Below are positions 16,259 through 29,442 of a DNA stretch of 64,000 nt, in pieces. The translations under genes and the position numbers were made by a program. The stretch lies in NCBI RefSeq assembly GCF_009914755.1, contig NC_060934.1; one strand, given 5' to 3'. The notes beneath the pieces were generated by a model. It searched no databases and was not told the origin of the DNA. It saw only the letters and a list, made by a program, of their open reading frames with translations. This DNA is from the human T2T-CHM13v2.0 reference genome, Homo sapiens. The first letter of the stretch is position 1; each line of letters opens with the position of its first letter.

Positions 16259-17479
16259 ACTTTTCTAGGTAGCCTAGAACAAAAGCAAGTCAACTCTGTC
16301 CACAATTAATAGATGACATCTAATATTGACTTAATATTACTTTGGACTTGGTGAACAAATGGGTCATAAAACAGCCTCTCTAAAGCTACATGCTAGTTAC
16401 CAAGCAGGGGAGATTTGACTAAACATTACAACCTGGGGGAAAAAAAGGCACTCATTCTGGCCCTTTTCTTAGAACTCTTACATGTGAATATGTATATTCG
16501 TCTCAAGATGAAAAGAGAATACGTATTTCACTAACACTTAATTTCATAAATTTAACTTCACAAGAGTTTTCTAGGCATTAAAACCTGGAAGGTACCTATC
16601 TTTTGTTTTTGTTTTTTAAGTTTTACTCAAGTATCTGAACACCCAACACCAAAGGAAATGTCATATAAGACAGAAGAGAAACAATTAAATTGCTCACACT
16701 AAGCCTATTATGAATTCATGGGGGTAGTGAGGGAGAGTAAGGGGAACACATAAGAAAAAGCAACACTGTATATAATCCAATATTCAAGTAAATGGCAGGT
16801 ATCCTTCGATGTTAATCCCCCTCTCTGTCTTCTGACTATGCTTGCATTTCAGTCTGTCAGTCTCTGGCTCTAGTTGAGTTTGTCCTTTGTTCTTTCACTT
16901 TCTGACTGTCCTTTTCTATGATTCCATCCTCCTGTTTTCCTCTCCTTCACTTTGCCTCTGGTTTCCACACAGGCATGTGGGAAAACCTCATTCAGTTAAA
17001 AGGCACAAATGGGAGCCTTCAAGCATCCAAGTGCTTGTGAAAGTACTTTGAGTGTCCACATTGTCACAGATATTTCATATATTGTATGTGGATGAACACA
17101 CGGACATAGTGAAACTAAGTGCTTTCTGCATTGTGCAACATACCTAAAAAGAAATAAGCAAACTGAGAAAAACTACTACTAGAGTAAAATGATATAGAAA
17201 CACTTTATAGTGAATATTACTGTTAAGTATCTCTTATTTTGTCCAGCTGTTGCCACAAAGGATATATAATCAGTTGTGAAGCTATTAATATGGCAATTCT
17301 TTAACATCGAAATGAATACACAAAACCACAAGCCTCCCCTTATGTTAATTTTTACCTATTGTTAAGGACTGTTTGAATGAGCAGCATTAAATAGATAGTA
17401 ATTTCCATAAGCTTCCAATTTTGTCACCAGATGATATAAGAGTGAAATACAGTCCACATTCATATTACTCTGAAGTAAA

Positions 17480-18246
17480 ATTGGCCCTCCATAACCGTGG
17501 GTTCCAAACCCATGGGTTCAACCTACCATGGATCAAAAATACTTGGGGGAAAAAATATTCTACAAAGTTCCAAAAAAACAAAACTTTAATTTGCCATGTG
17601 CAGAGTACTATGTTCAATCCTGCATAAATGAAGTGATGTGTAAGCGTTGTGTTGGGCATTATAAGGAATCTAGAAATGATTTAAAGTATATGGGAGGATG
17701 TGTGTAGGTTACATGCAAATATAGTCATACACTATTAGGCAATTTCCTCACTGTAGGAACTTCATAGCATGTACTTACACAAACCTAGCTTACAAACCCG
17801 TACAGTATTTACTGTACTTTATACTGTAGATAATTGTAACACAAAGTATTTACGTATCTGAACAAAGAAAGAGGTATAGTAAAAACACAGTCTTACGATC
17901 TTATATGAGACCACTGTCATATATACATTCCATCATTTTTTGTTTATTTTTTGAGACATGGTCTTGCTCTGTTGCCCAGGCTGGAGTGCGGTGGTGCAAT
18001 CATGGCTCACTGCAGCTTCAACCACGCCAGCTCAAGTGATCCTCCTGCCTCAGCTTCCCAAAGTGCTGGGATTACAGGAGTGAGCCACTGTGCCCAGCTG
18101 TGCATTCTGTCACTGACTGAAAAGTTGTTATGCAGCACATGACTGTACTATGCTATTTTATATAAGGGATGTGCACATCTGTGAATTTTGGTATCCGTGG
18201 GGGCGTCCTGGAACCAATCCCCCACAGGTATACCCAGGGACAACTG
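17480..18246 (-). mobile_element. MER2-like element containing a Tigger3-like insertion (about 17722-18145), which contains an Alu monomer (17937-18098)
   Basis: MER2-like ends GGCCCTCCATAACCGTGGGTTCC and GGAACCAATCCCCCAC..GGGACAACTG; Tigger3-like end TTATGCAGCACATGACTG at a TA site. Confidence 0.7.
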
Positions 18247-18705
18247 TAACTATCTTCTAGAAATTTGCCTCAAAATATGTGTATGTGAGCAGAATTTCTT
18301 TCCTGACTACATCTTGTTAGAGGTAAATATCTTAGCTGATATTACAAATCCACTTTTGGTGTGACAGCCATAACTGCATTTTGACAATTCTTAGAAATGG
18401 CCAAAATTACGAGTAACTACTAAATTCCACGTTAAATTACGCAAATTACCTACAATGACTGTCAGGTAAGATATATATTTCTACAAGTCTTTTAAAAATA
18501 GAGGAATAAGTGTTCTCTCATTTCCTCTTAAAGGGTACTTACTTGTGAAATGTAGAAATGAGATCAATGAGCATATACATAAAGCTAAGGCACGCAAATG
18601 AAGACAAAGGATGCCTTTAAGCTCACTGATCTTTAAAGCAGCACACTAGTATAGCTAAAACATTCAGCCCATTTTACCTGAGATAAAACAAAGTAACTGA
18701 CTTAC

Positions 18706-20912
18706 TATTACTGTTGCTTTGCAACTTCAGTTTACTTCTTTCTTTGGCACTCCTGCTGAGAACTCCATTGGGTTTCAAATCTTCTTCTATTTCACCTTTT
18801 CTCTTTTGCAAATCATTTTGCTTCTTTTTGTAAGTTGGCTTAGGTTGTCTTTTAGTCCTTTGCTCTGACTTGCTTTCACTTTCATCTGAGTCTCCACTTT
18901 CAGAGCCAGATTCATAAGTTCTTTTGGCTTTTCTCCTGTTGACTTTATCATCTTTTACATATTTATCAACTATGATCTTACTATCTACACTATTTTGTAT
19001 ATCACTAGATGTAGAGGCTATTAAGTTGACAGAACATGGCTTAATAATTTCTGATACAGAATTCCCTGAATTTTCCATTTTATTAGTATTTTTATCTTCT
19101 TCTGAGTGTCTGGTGAGCCAGGCCTTTTTCAGTTTAGTATGGTAGTTTGGTTGACTTGTCTGGGAAGCTTGCCCATTTCCTACAGAGTTTGCTTTGTTAA
19201 TTGTACTACAGATTACAGTGCTATCCAGAGGAAGGGAGGCTGAAAGTGTCTGATTTTTTATAGCATTAGGTTCAGTCTCACTGGCATTACTACTTTTATA
19301 CTGAGCTGCAGCCAATGCTGCCTTGTGCTTTTTTAAATGGATAAAATCAGTTGTGCCTGAGAACCCAGAACTGGGTTGAACAACACTTCCTGTCTTACTA
19401 CTGGCTAATGTAACTGGTGCTGTGGTGCTGACCTTGCATTCTTGTTTTTGAGCCACTGGCTGACTGACACTTTTTGAAGATACACATTCTGATGATGTAG
19501 AGGCCAAAATGGTATTTGATAAAGAGGAAATTACTTCTGAACCACCCCAGCTGGAAACACTGGTAGTATCGGCAGCAGATGTGATTACATCCGTTTTGGT
19601 ATTACACATCGTATTTACAGCAGACATGACTGAACTGGGAACACTGCCCTGTGAGACAGCCTGAAAGTTTTTTTCAGATTTTGTGTGAACACTGTCTGAA
19701 TTCACATTTGGCAAAATGATTCTTCCAGTTTCTCCGGCTTCTGCTAGTTTGAGGCAATCTGTTTTATGTGCCCCAGCTGAAGATCTTTCACTAACTCGAT
19801 CTTTAGAAGCTAACTGCATTGCTGGCATACTATCAGTTTTTGTACTAGAAGATGGACGCACAATGACAGATGCCATAGCAGCCTGTAACTTTCCGCTGCT
19901 TTTCTCCACATGCCATTCAGTTTTCTCTTTGCTGAGGTTATTATTAGGTCTCCACATCTCCGTCAAACTCTGTTCTGAAGAACTCTTAAAATTTGCCTGG
20001 GAGTCTTTTGGTTCGGGTATTAGAGTTGGAGGCTTCTGTGATTCTTGAACTTTACCACCAGCATTTACTGGCATCACCGGAGTTAAAGTTGGAGGGGAAA
20101 GACTACTATAGCTGCCTTCCTTTCTTTCCAGGCTGTGATGGATTGGTGGGTGAAATACTGGTGCTCTATGTAATGCAGGCATACTGCGGAGTGTATTTGT
20201 AGAAGAAACTGTCAAATGGGTAGGACTCCTACAATCATTTCTGAAGGTTGTTACTGAGTGAGATGCAATCTGATGTGGAAGATGTTCTGGTATCTTGCCT
20301 ACTAAACCTTCACTTTCTGGTTGGTGTTTAATCAAAGGTGGAGGCTTTGAAAGAGATGTTATAAATGAAGTCAGAGTTTGAGGATTAGCTGCTGCCGCTG
20401 CAAGGGCATTACTCTGTTTATCACCGTAAATATTTGAAACTTCTTTGGATGGGTATGATCTTGGTGGTTCATTGACCACACTATTAGACAATGTAGTGAA
20501 ATAGTTACTTTGGGGTAAACTCTGAGGCACTGAGTGCTTCATTTTATAAAGATCTGATACTGAGCGTTCTACATCCATATCTTGTTTGATGATATGGCTT
20601 TTAGGACTGGAAGATGATGATGCCACTCTGGAATAATTCTCTCTCTCACCCTCAAGTCCCTTGATTTTAGTTGTAAAGGGAGCAACATCAATACTTTCTT
20701 GAAGAATTCGACGGTGTTCCTCTTTGTATTTGTTTAACCTCTCTCCAGTCTCCTGGGGTGGCCTCTGTAACTGATTTAATACTGGATCCACAAAATGCCT
20801 ATGTAAGTGACAATCTTTTCCAGTCTGTGACCTATTTAGATCCAGGTCATTTTTGGCTGATGTGGATGCAACAGACCGTAATGGTTCCATAAAAGCTTTT
20901 CTTTCTAATTCT
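18706..20912 (-). CDS. JMJD1C: JMJD1C coding exon 10 (2207 nt; S/P/T-rich disordered region, KLKKAWLTRHS segment)
   Basis: ORF 18674..20989; tttacag|A acceptor, AATA|gtaagt donor. Confidence 0.97.
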
Positions 20913-21173
20913 CTGTAAAGAAAATACACAAATATTTCTGTAACCACTTTTTCCTGCAAAATACAAAGACAGCTTCTATGCAATATCATTCTATTATGAA
21001 AGTAAAAGACATCTTTGCATGTACTCTAATACTATAATAAATTTGAAGAAATATCAAAACAGAACAAAGCCTAATCTTAAGATATGTGTTAACTTAAAAT
21101 TAACTATTTAAAAGGCAAATTAAGAAAAATTATGAACAAGGTATTTATAATTTTTAAGCACTGGTGAACTTAC

Positions 21174-21346
21174 TCCTTATGATGATCTACTAAAGTTTTT
21201 GTCAATGGTGGACTGGAATGGGCTGTAATTTTAAGAGGCCGATGAGGCTCTGCACTGGAAGGTCTGACAGGAATGTGACTAAGTAATCCAATACCATCTG
21301 CTGAGGTCACAGGGGTGGGCTGATGTAGCCAAGGACTGGGAGAATT
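21174..21346 (-). CDS. JMJD1C: JMJD1C coding exon 9 (173 nt; NSPSPWLHQPTPVTSADGIGLLSHIPVRPSSAEPHRPLKIT...)
   Basis: ttaatag|AAT acceptor, GGA|gtaagt donor; phase joins exons 8 and 10. Confidence 0.93.
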
Positions 21347-23283
21347 CTATTAACAAAACAAAACAAAAAAAACACCTAGATTTCAGTTACTAGAAAAAGC
21401 TAAACACCGTGTCACAGTAGAACTGGGTATGATCTTGGTGGTTTATTAGTTCATTCAAATAGCAGTTTCTTTGGGAAACTTGTAACTTTTTCTAAATACA
21501 TCTTATGAGAAATATTCAGACAAATAATAACATAATTAAACAGATTTTTCCATATCATAATCAGTATTAAATAATTTATTGTCATCTTACTAAAAACAGA
21601 TCTTGAAATCAGTGCCTTAAATTTACTATAAATGCCATATACAGAACCTAGTTTATATGATTTCCTGATTCTAACAGCAAAAGTATATTGCTAACAGTAA
21701 AAACAGAATATTATTCCTAAAACACATTTCATCAGAAATAGAAATTATAACCAAATTCATTTGTCAATTTTTGTCATCAAAAAATTTAACTTTTCCAATG
21801 TAACAATTTACTGACAATTGGCAGATAATTACATTTCAAAACCCAAATGCACTCCCCATTTCACTCTAAGCTATAAACAAGGTTGCACCATTAAGCTTGG
21901 AGGTGTAGAAGTCTAATAAAGTTAATTTTATACATCAATATGCTGCCTGTCTCATGACTGAATATAAGGTGACAGCAACCTCTTCATCGAGACATACAGC
22001 TATCTGACTACATGCTTAAGGATTTTTCTATATTCTGACTCACTGACATCCTTCCAGAACATGTTTTATGAATTTGTTAATAGGATGATAGTCAAATAGC
22101 AGGAAAATACAACCTCCTTTGTATTTTCTCTAACAAAGGGAATACGTTTTACTTCTCAAAATAATGCAAAAGCAGTATGTCACACCAAAAATATACTGCT
22201 ATGAAATTAAAAACATACACTATAGCCATAAACCCCACATAAGAGAAAAATACATAAATATACACATAAGGATCAAATATGTGTCTCAAACGGCCTCAGT
22301 TCTATAAGATCCAGAAATCTTAAACAGCAATCAATTATGGCAATGACAACAAAGTTTTGCTCTATAAAATGCCATTCAAAATTATTTCTCAATAATAGTG
22401 TCTTATGCTTGTATTGTTTCTTCACTTTTGGTCAATAGTAGGGGGTAAGATATTTTTATTTTTCCTCAAAATGTTATTCAAATTTACTCCTTTATGTTGT
22501 AATTTTATATAACAAATAAAAATCTGATACACTTGTTTTTAGTTTAACACATTTATGACCAGTTAATAAAATATTTTATGTACTTATAAACACAGAGGCT
22601 AGACAGTCATGGTCTAAGTCCATATACATGTGACACATACTGAGTATTGCTCCCTTCCAAGCCATTTTTAAGTTACTTAAATCTGTTTTCAAGAGTTTGG
22701 ATGTTAAGGAAAAAGACACAAATCTGTTAGCCAGCTCTTGGCTCTCCTGTGTTCCTCTAGCTAGCTTATCTTTGTGCAGCTGCAGCTACATTAATGACGT
22801 GAGAGTGAAGGGTCAGAATAAACATGTGAGTGCAACAATAAAAATAGAAACCTTGAATTAATAATCTGAGTACAGTAGGGCACTTGGGTCACCAGGCCTG
22901 CTTTCTATTCTGGTAAAGAGGATAATATAGTGATTAGTGATTCTTCACTGAGTTTGACTATGTAACACACAGGTTCCAGTATGACTCCCATCTACGACAA
23001 AAGCAACGGCACCCTCCAAAATGGTAATGGAAAGCTTGTGATCAATGGCAGCATAATTCTGGAACTGAGATCTTGTCAACCTCAAATGTGGTGATGCTGG
23101 TGCAGAATCAACTGTGGGGATCACTGGTGAGACTTCATTAAAGGCCAAAGGTCATATGAAAGTAGAGCCAAAAGGAGTCCATGTTTGCAACAGGAATAAA
23201 CCACAGGAAACATCTTTCAAAACTGGTAGACCTTATGCAAGATGCATCATCAACCACTTGGTGCCTCTTATCATCAAAGTTCA

Positions 23284-23701
<418 letters not shown>

Positions 23702-23851
23702 CTACTGGCATCACTAATGTTATATGTAAAAAATATTATCCCTGAGTAAAACAGAAAGTCACTAAAATTGTCTTCTAAATCACCACCCCCAACTGTGATC
23801 TCACTTAACTTCAGAAAGCTGTCAAAAAAGATGACATTAAGATGTTAAAAA

Positions 23852-24453
23852 CACCCATGTGAGGCAGAGGTTGCAGTGAGCCGAGATCACGCCACTGTAC
23901 TCTAGCTTGGGTGACAGAGCAAGACTCTGTCTCAAAAAAAAAAAAAAAAAAAAAAAAACCCCACAAAAAAACAAAAAAACCACCCATGTTCACTGTAGCA
24001 TTATTCACCACAGCCAAGAGGTGAAAGCAACCCAAATGTCCACTGACAGATGAATGGAGAAAGAAAATAGGGCACATACATACAGTGGAATATTATACAG
24101 CCTTAAATAAGAAGAAGATCATGTCACATGTTGCAACATGGATGAACCTCAAGAATATTGTAGTAAGCTAAATAAGCCAGTAACAAAAGGATAAATATTC
24201 TATCATTCTACTCATAGAAAGTATCTAAAGTCATGAAAACCATAGAAACAGAAGAAAGGTGGTTGCCAAGGGCTGGCAGGGAAGGGGAGTTAGTGTTTAA
24301 TGGCTATAGTTTCAGTTTTACAAGATGAAAAAGTTCTAGAGACCTGCTGCACAACAATGTGAACACACTTAACACTACTGAACTGTACACTTAAAAATAT
24401 TTAAGATGGCACATTTAATATTATGTATGTATGTGTTTTTTAACCACAAAAAC
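23852..24453 (+). mobile_element. 5'-truncated old L1 (L1MB-like 3' UTR) inserted in the GAPDH retrocopy, itself carrying a 3' Alu fragment (23861-23980)
   Basis: ACACCCATGTTCACTGTAGCATTATTCAC..CAACCCAAATGTCCACTGACAGATGAATGG ... CTGAACTGTACACTTAAAA..TTTAACCACAA; TSD AAG(A/G)TGTTAAAAA at 23839-23851 and 24454-24466. Confidence 0.8.
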
Positions 24454-25016
24454 AAGGTGTTAAAAAGAGATTCTAGGGGATACTTGATGAGCATCCTAGG
24501 ATGTACGAAGGACAAGGTTGTCTCCTCGGAGTTTAAAAGTGATATCAATTTTTCCATTTTTTATACCGGGGCTAGTATTGCTCTCAATAACCATTTTTTA
24601 GTGTAAAAATGAATTTGCTATAGAAACTACATGGCTCATGAATGAACAAGAGCCTTATACCGCTACCTTTAGCAATACTGTGTTAGGCAGACAAAATCTC
24701 AGCTGCAGCTTTACCCTCAAATACTGGGAATCTGTAACCTTGAGCACCCTTAAGGGAACAAGGGGGTTAAATAGTCAAACACTGTACTATACCATTAATA
24801 TACAAACATACATCTGGAGAATATAACAATTTGTTTTTAAGAACAATTTGATAATATATATCAAAAGCCTTACAATTTTATAAAAATTTTAGAAATTTCA
24901 CTTCTGGGAATTTGGCTGAGCAAAATAATTATGTATAATTTGTATTATATATATTATAATTATTGCATAATTATAATTATGTATAATTTTGTGTAATAAT
25001 TTTTATACCAAAAATT

Positions 25017-25320
<304 letters not shown>

Positions 25321-25583
25321 ATATACCAAAAATTTAAATCTATAATAAATAAATATTACAATCTAAAAAGTTTTACTTCTTTAAATTAATTCTTTTTATA
25401 AGTAGGCTTTTCTGACGTTTCAGCTCCCACTCTTGAGGTTACTAAGTGTATGGAAAAACAACCGAAAAATTCTAACATATTTTATAATAGGAAATGACCT
25501 AAAAAATAGATGGAATATTGAAAAAGCACCTGTACATGTTCATTAATATATACTGCTATGTGGCAAACTACAGTGTAACTTAC

Positions 25584-27262
25584 CCTCCTTAATGAAGCTT
25601 CAGCATTAACTGCATTTTCTGGGTGAACCCACTTAGAAGAAGGCAAACCAAGTCCTGAGTATGCATGTGTTCCATTTGGATACTGCCAAATAATTGGATA
25701 AAGTCCAAGCTGATTATATGAAGCAGAAGGATGGGCTTGTCCAAGAAGATGAGGTGACTGGTGCTGTAACAACTGTTGTTGTTGCTGGTGTGCTAGCGCT
25801 AAGTGGCTCAAGCTGCTGGCATGAGCACTCTCTAGTCGTGGGTGGCCACCAAGTAAGGAGGCAGTAGGCACTCCAGGTAACACAGTGGGAAGTAAATGAG
25901 GGTGATGAACAGCATGGTGTGGACCACTAGTCAGAGGATGAGTGTTAATGGTAGGTAATGGAGTTTGACTAGATGATCCGGCTAGTAAATGGGGTGCAGG
26001 AGTTAAGGCAGGATGATGGGTACCTGGATTTAAACAGGTTCTATGAGATGAGGAGTGAAGAGGAAAAGGATGCTGGCTTAGGAAAGGTGAAATATGATTA
26101 GCTCCTGTTTCTGACCCAATAAGTGCAGGATCTCTGTAAACTGTAAAATGCTCATTTTTATCAATGATAAGAGGACTCTTTGTAGTTTCTAATGTACTGC
26201 TTCGAGTAGGAATTGGATGAAAACTGCATCTTGATAGCTCATGTTCTATCTTATTTGCCAATCTTCTTTCACCAGTAGCTTGGCTGTTCACATAAGTGGC
26301 CTTAGACTTTACAGAATCAGGAGAATGAGTTATTTTGGGTTTAACAACTTCAGGTGATGGGCTGGATTTTATCTTGTGAGTATCTACTGAAGTATTAAGT
26401 TTAGATTTTATAGTCTCTGGAGGTGGACTTCGCTTATGCAGCTTATCTTCCATGACAGAAACTGCACTTAAAGGAGAAATGTAAGAGACATACTTCTCTT
26501 TTTCCACGTTCAAGTGATCATTTCCTGAAGAAGCATTTGTAACACTTGATTGGGTTAGATCCACTTTAACTACATCACTGACCCAGCTCTGGTCAGAATC
26601 TTTTTTTGCTGTTTCCAAGAATTTTGCATTTGCAATAGAGTGTTTTGAATCACTAACATTAGGATCCATTTTCTGAAGTGTCTGAAGGCCAAAGGTACTT
26701 GAGTTTTCCTGAGCCACCTTTTCTAAATTAGTGTCATTTGTAATATCAATAACACATTTTGGTGTGGGTGGTCTGGATACAAACTTCTCCTTTGGTAGCA
26801 ATTCCATGGTATGTGTTTTATCCATATTGCATTCCTGAGGAAGTAAATCATTAGAATTATGATCAGAAACTGTGGACTGTTCTGACGAATGAATAATCAT
26901 ATCTTCTTGAAGCTGAGTGTCAACAGACTTCCGCTTCTCTGCTTCTTCATGTTTTTTATCTTCCTGTATTTGATCCCAGGGAGGCTGGCTATTTTTTAGG
27001 GTCTCTTCTCCTGCCTTCTCATTATTATGGGGTTTTCCTTCTTCTCCATTTATTTTTGAAGTATTTTTATTTTTCAATTCATTCTCTGGCTTCTGTTCTG
27101 AGGAATTATCTATTATTCTCTTATTTGAATTTTCTGAGTCACTGCTCTCAGAAAAGTCTGAAACATTGTCAGTTCGAAGTCTTTTCATATTTAGTTTCTT
27201 TTCATCCTCCTCAGGTTTCCTTCTTTTATTCATCAAGTGTTTGTTTTTACCTTTAGGATTTT
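25584..27262 (-). CDS. JMJD1C: JMJD1C coding exon 8 (1679 nt; disordered S/E/K-rich then H/P-rich region)
   Basis: ORF 25482..27236; cctacag|AA acceptor, AGG|gtaagt donor. Confidence 0.97.
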
Positions 27263-27373
27263 CTGTAGGATTAAAGAAAGAAGAGTCTTATTTTTCATAC
27301 TAAATAAGCATATTTTAAAATGTATTTTTGTTTTATTTGTTTTCATTCCCTTAAAAAAAAAAGTGGGTCCTAC

Positions 27374-27566
27374 CTCCTCGTGATATATAATCATATTTTT
27401 CCTCCTTCATCTTCTCTTCATCTGGTATACTGCTATCTGAGCCCTTCCTCTTATTTGGACGGATACTTCTTTGTTGCTGTTGCTGGTGTGTATTCTGTTT
27501 TGGTACAGCAGCTTGGGAGTTCATTGCTGGTCTGGGACTATTTGCTTGGGCACGTGTATAATGGCT
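27374..27566 (-). CDS. JMJD1C: JMJD1C coding exon 7 (193 nt; SHYTRAQANSPRPAMNSQ...)
   Basis: ttttag|AGC acceptor, GAG|gtagga donor; flanked by 97-nt and 111-nt introns. Confidence 0.93.
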
Positions 27567-27663
27567 CTAAAAATAACCAATTAACAGTAATTGTTTACTA
27601 CCTGGTTTCTACTAGCCTAAGGAAAAATATTTTACAGAAATTCATCCCTAATAACATACATAC

Positions 27664-27807
27664 GTGAACAGCGTTGACGTTTTGATTGGCACGAGACCTG
27701 CGTCGTGATGTAATGCCAATATTTTCACCTTTTAACAAAGAGTGAACAACATCATCTAGAAAGGTCATTTGAACCATAGAAGGATCGACATTCTGTGGTT
27801 CTAGTAC
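27664..27807 (-). CDS. JMJD1C: JMJD1C coding exon 6 (144 nt; VLEPQNVDPSMVQMTFLDDVVHSLLKGENIGITSRRRSRANQNVNAVH)
   Basis: attag|GTA acceptor, CAC|gtatgt donor; open frame, phase 0-0. Confidence 0.93.
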
Positions 27808-28539
27808 CTAATCCATGATACAAAACAAAAACAAAAATTAAATAGAATGAGCTAATCAAATATTTGGTATAATTTCTTTACTCAGTAGAAATGTTTAGAA
27901 ATCAGCTTGGGATCCCTAATTTATAAGATGCTGTTATAATAATTTGTTTTATTCACTTAAGACAAAATTACCTTTTTAACCTTCTGAAACTCACCATTTC
28001 AACTGCTAACCAAGAATTAAAAAGCAAATATATTTACTGCAAGTACATCTTGAAAAACAAGGGTATTAATCAAGAATACAGATGCCAACAATTCTTAAAT
28101 TACTTTTTATTTTTAAATAGAAAGTAATTTTCAAAAAGCAGTTGTAAGATAAAACTCAGAGGTAGACTTTAGGGAGTAGAAAAAGACAAAAATTGTGCAA
28201 ATGAATAATTTTAAAAATGTGGTTAAAACTATTTTAACAATTCAAGGCAGTTTTGTGCTTTTCTGAGAGGTAAAAGTTTGTCACTGTTTTAGGGAAAAAA
28301 TCAAATGCAATGAAACAGTAACACTTACTTAGCATTTTAACTACATTTTAACCAAAGTATTTGAATTGTGTATAAAGGCGCTCTATCAGATAATCTCCAC
28401 AATACAATCAGGCAGGAAGGTATAAATATCTATTTTTTCTACATAAACAACAGCTTTAAAAATGAGTATTTTTTGTATTAAGTTAAAAAAAAAATTTGAA
28501 ATCTCAAGACTTTCAGACTGGTACTTAAAACTCCATAGG

Positions 28540-28879
<340 letters not shown>

Positions 28880-29317
28880 TCACCATAAAACTTAATTGAG
28901 CATACCAACACTGACATTTGATGTGAGAAGAAATGTACTGTGTGTTTAAGTTTTCACTGATGAAAAGAAATGATTTCGGAAATATTTTTATTACTGGAGG
29001 GACAGAAAAACTGAAACTCTGAGAAAGAAAATTTTAGCTCATCTAAGGATTTAAAAAAGACTAATCAATTAAAAGAGTTTAATGCCTCTATTTTAGGAAC
29101 TGATTTTATCAGTGTTGAAATAAATTGAGCATTGCTGTCTCCCTATGACCTGAAATGACCTCTATGTAATATCAGATACATTTAAACTTACTAGAATTAC
29201 ACGACTAAAAACCCTAGAGATAAAAATTATTTAGTAGCAAATTGTTGATGTATTTTGGGGGGCATGGATGATTTGAACTTTTAAAATCTCTATAAAAATA
29301 TTAGTGGAACTATTTAC

Positions 29318-29442
29318 CTGATCATTCATAACGATCATGGTGCGGGTGAAGAGATCATGATGAGTAATTATGCCAGTAAACCACTGGGTGGCAGAGTCTT
29401 GTCTATATACTCTCACTCTGTATCCATTTAAGGAATAAGGAC
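29318..29442 (-). CDS. JMJD1C: JMJD1C coding exon 5 (125 nt; PYSLNGYRVRVYRQDSATQWFTGIITHHDLFTRTMIVMNDQ)
   Basis: ttttaag|GT acceptor, CAG|gtaaat donor; overlaps ORF 29231..29416. Confidence 0.95.

Noticed and set aside
18924-20202. Plus-strand ORFs overlapping exon 10 (also 27056..27667 over exons 6-8)
   Set aside because: Antisense shadow frames of real coding exons.
24925-25010. AT-rich quasi-palindromic ATAATTAT repeats; also a 19-bp tandem repeat at about 544-585
   Set aside because: Low-complexity slippage products with no further supporting structure.
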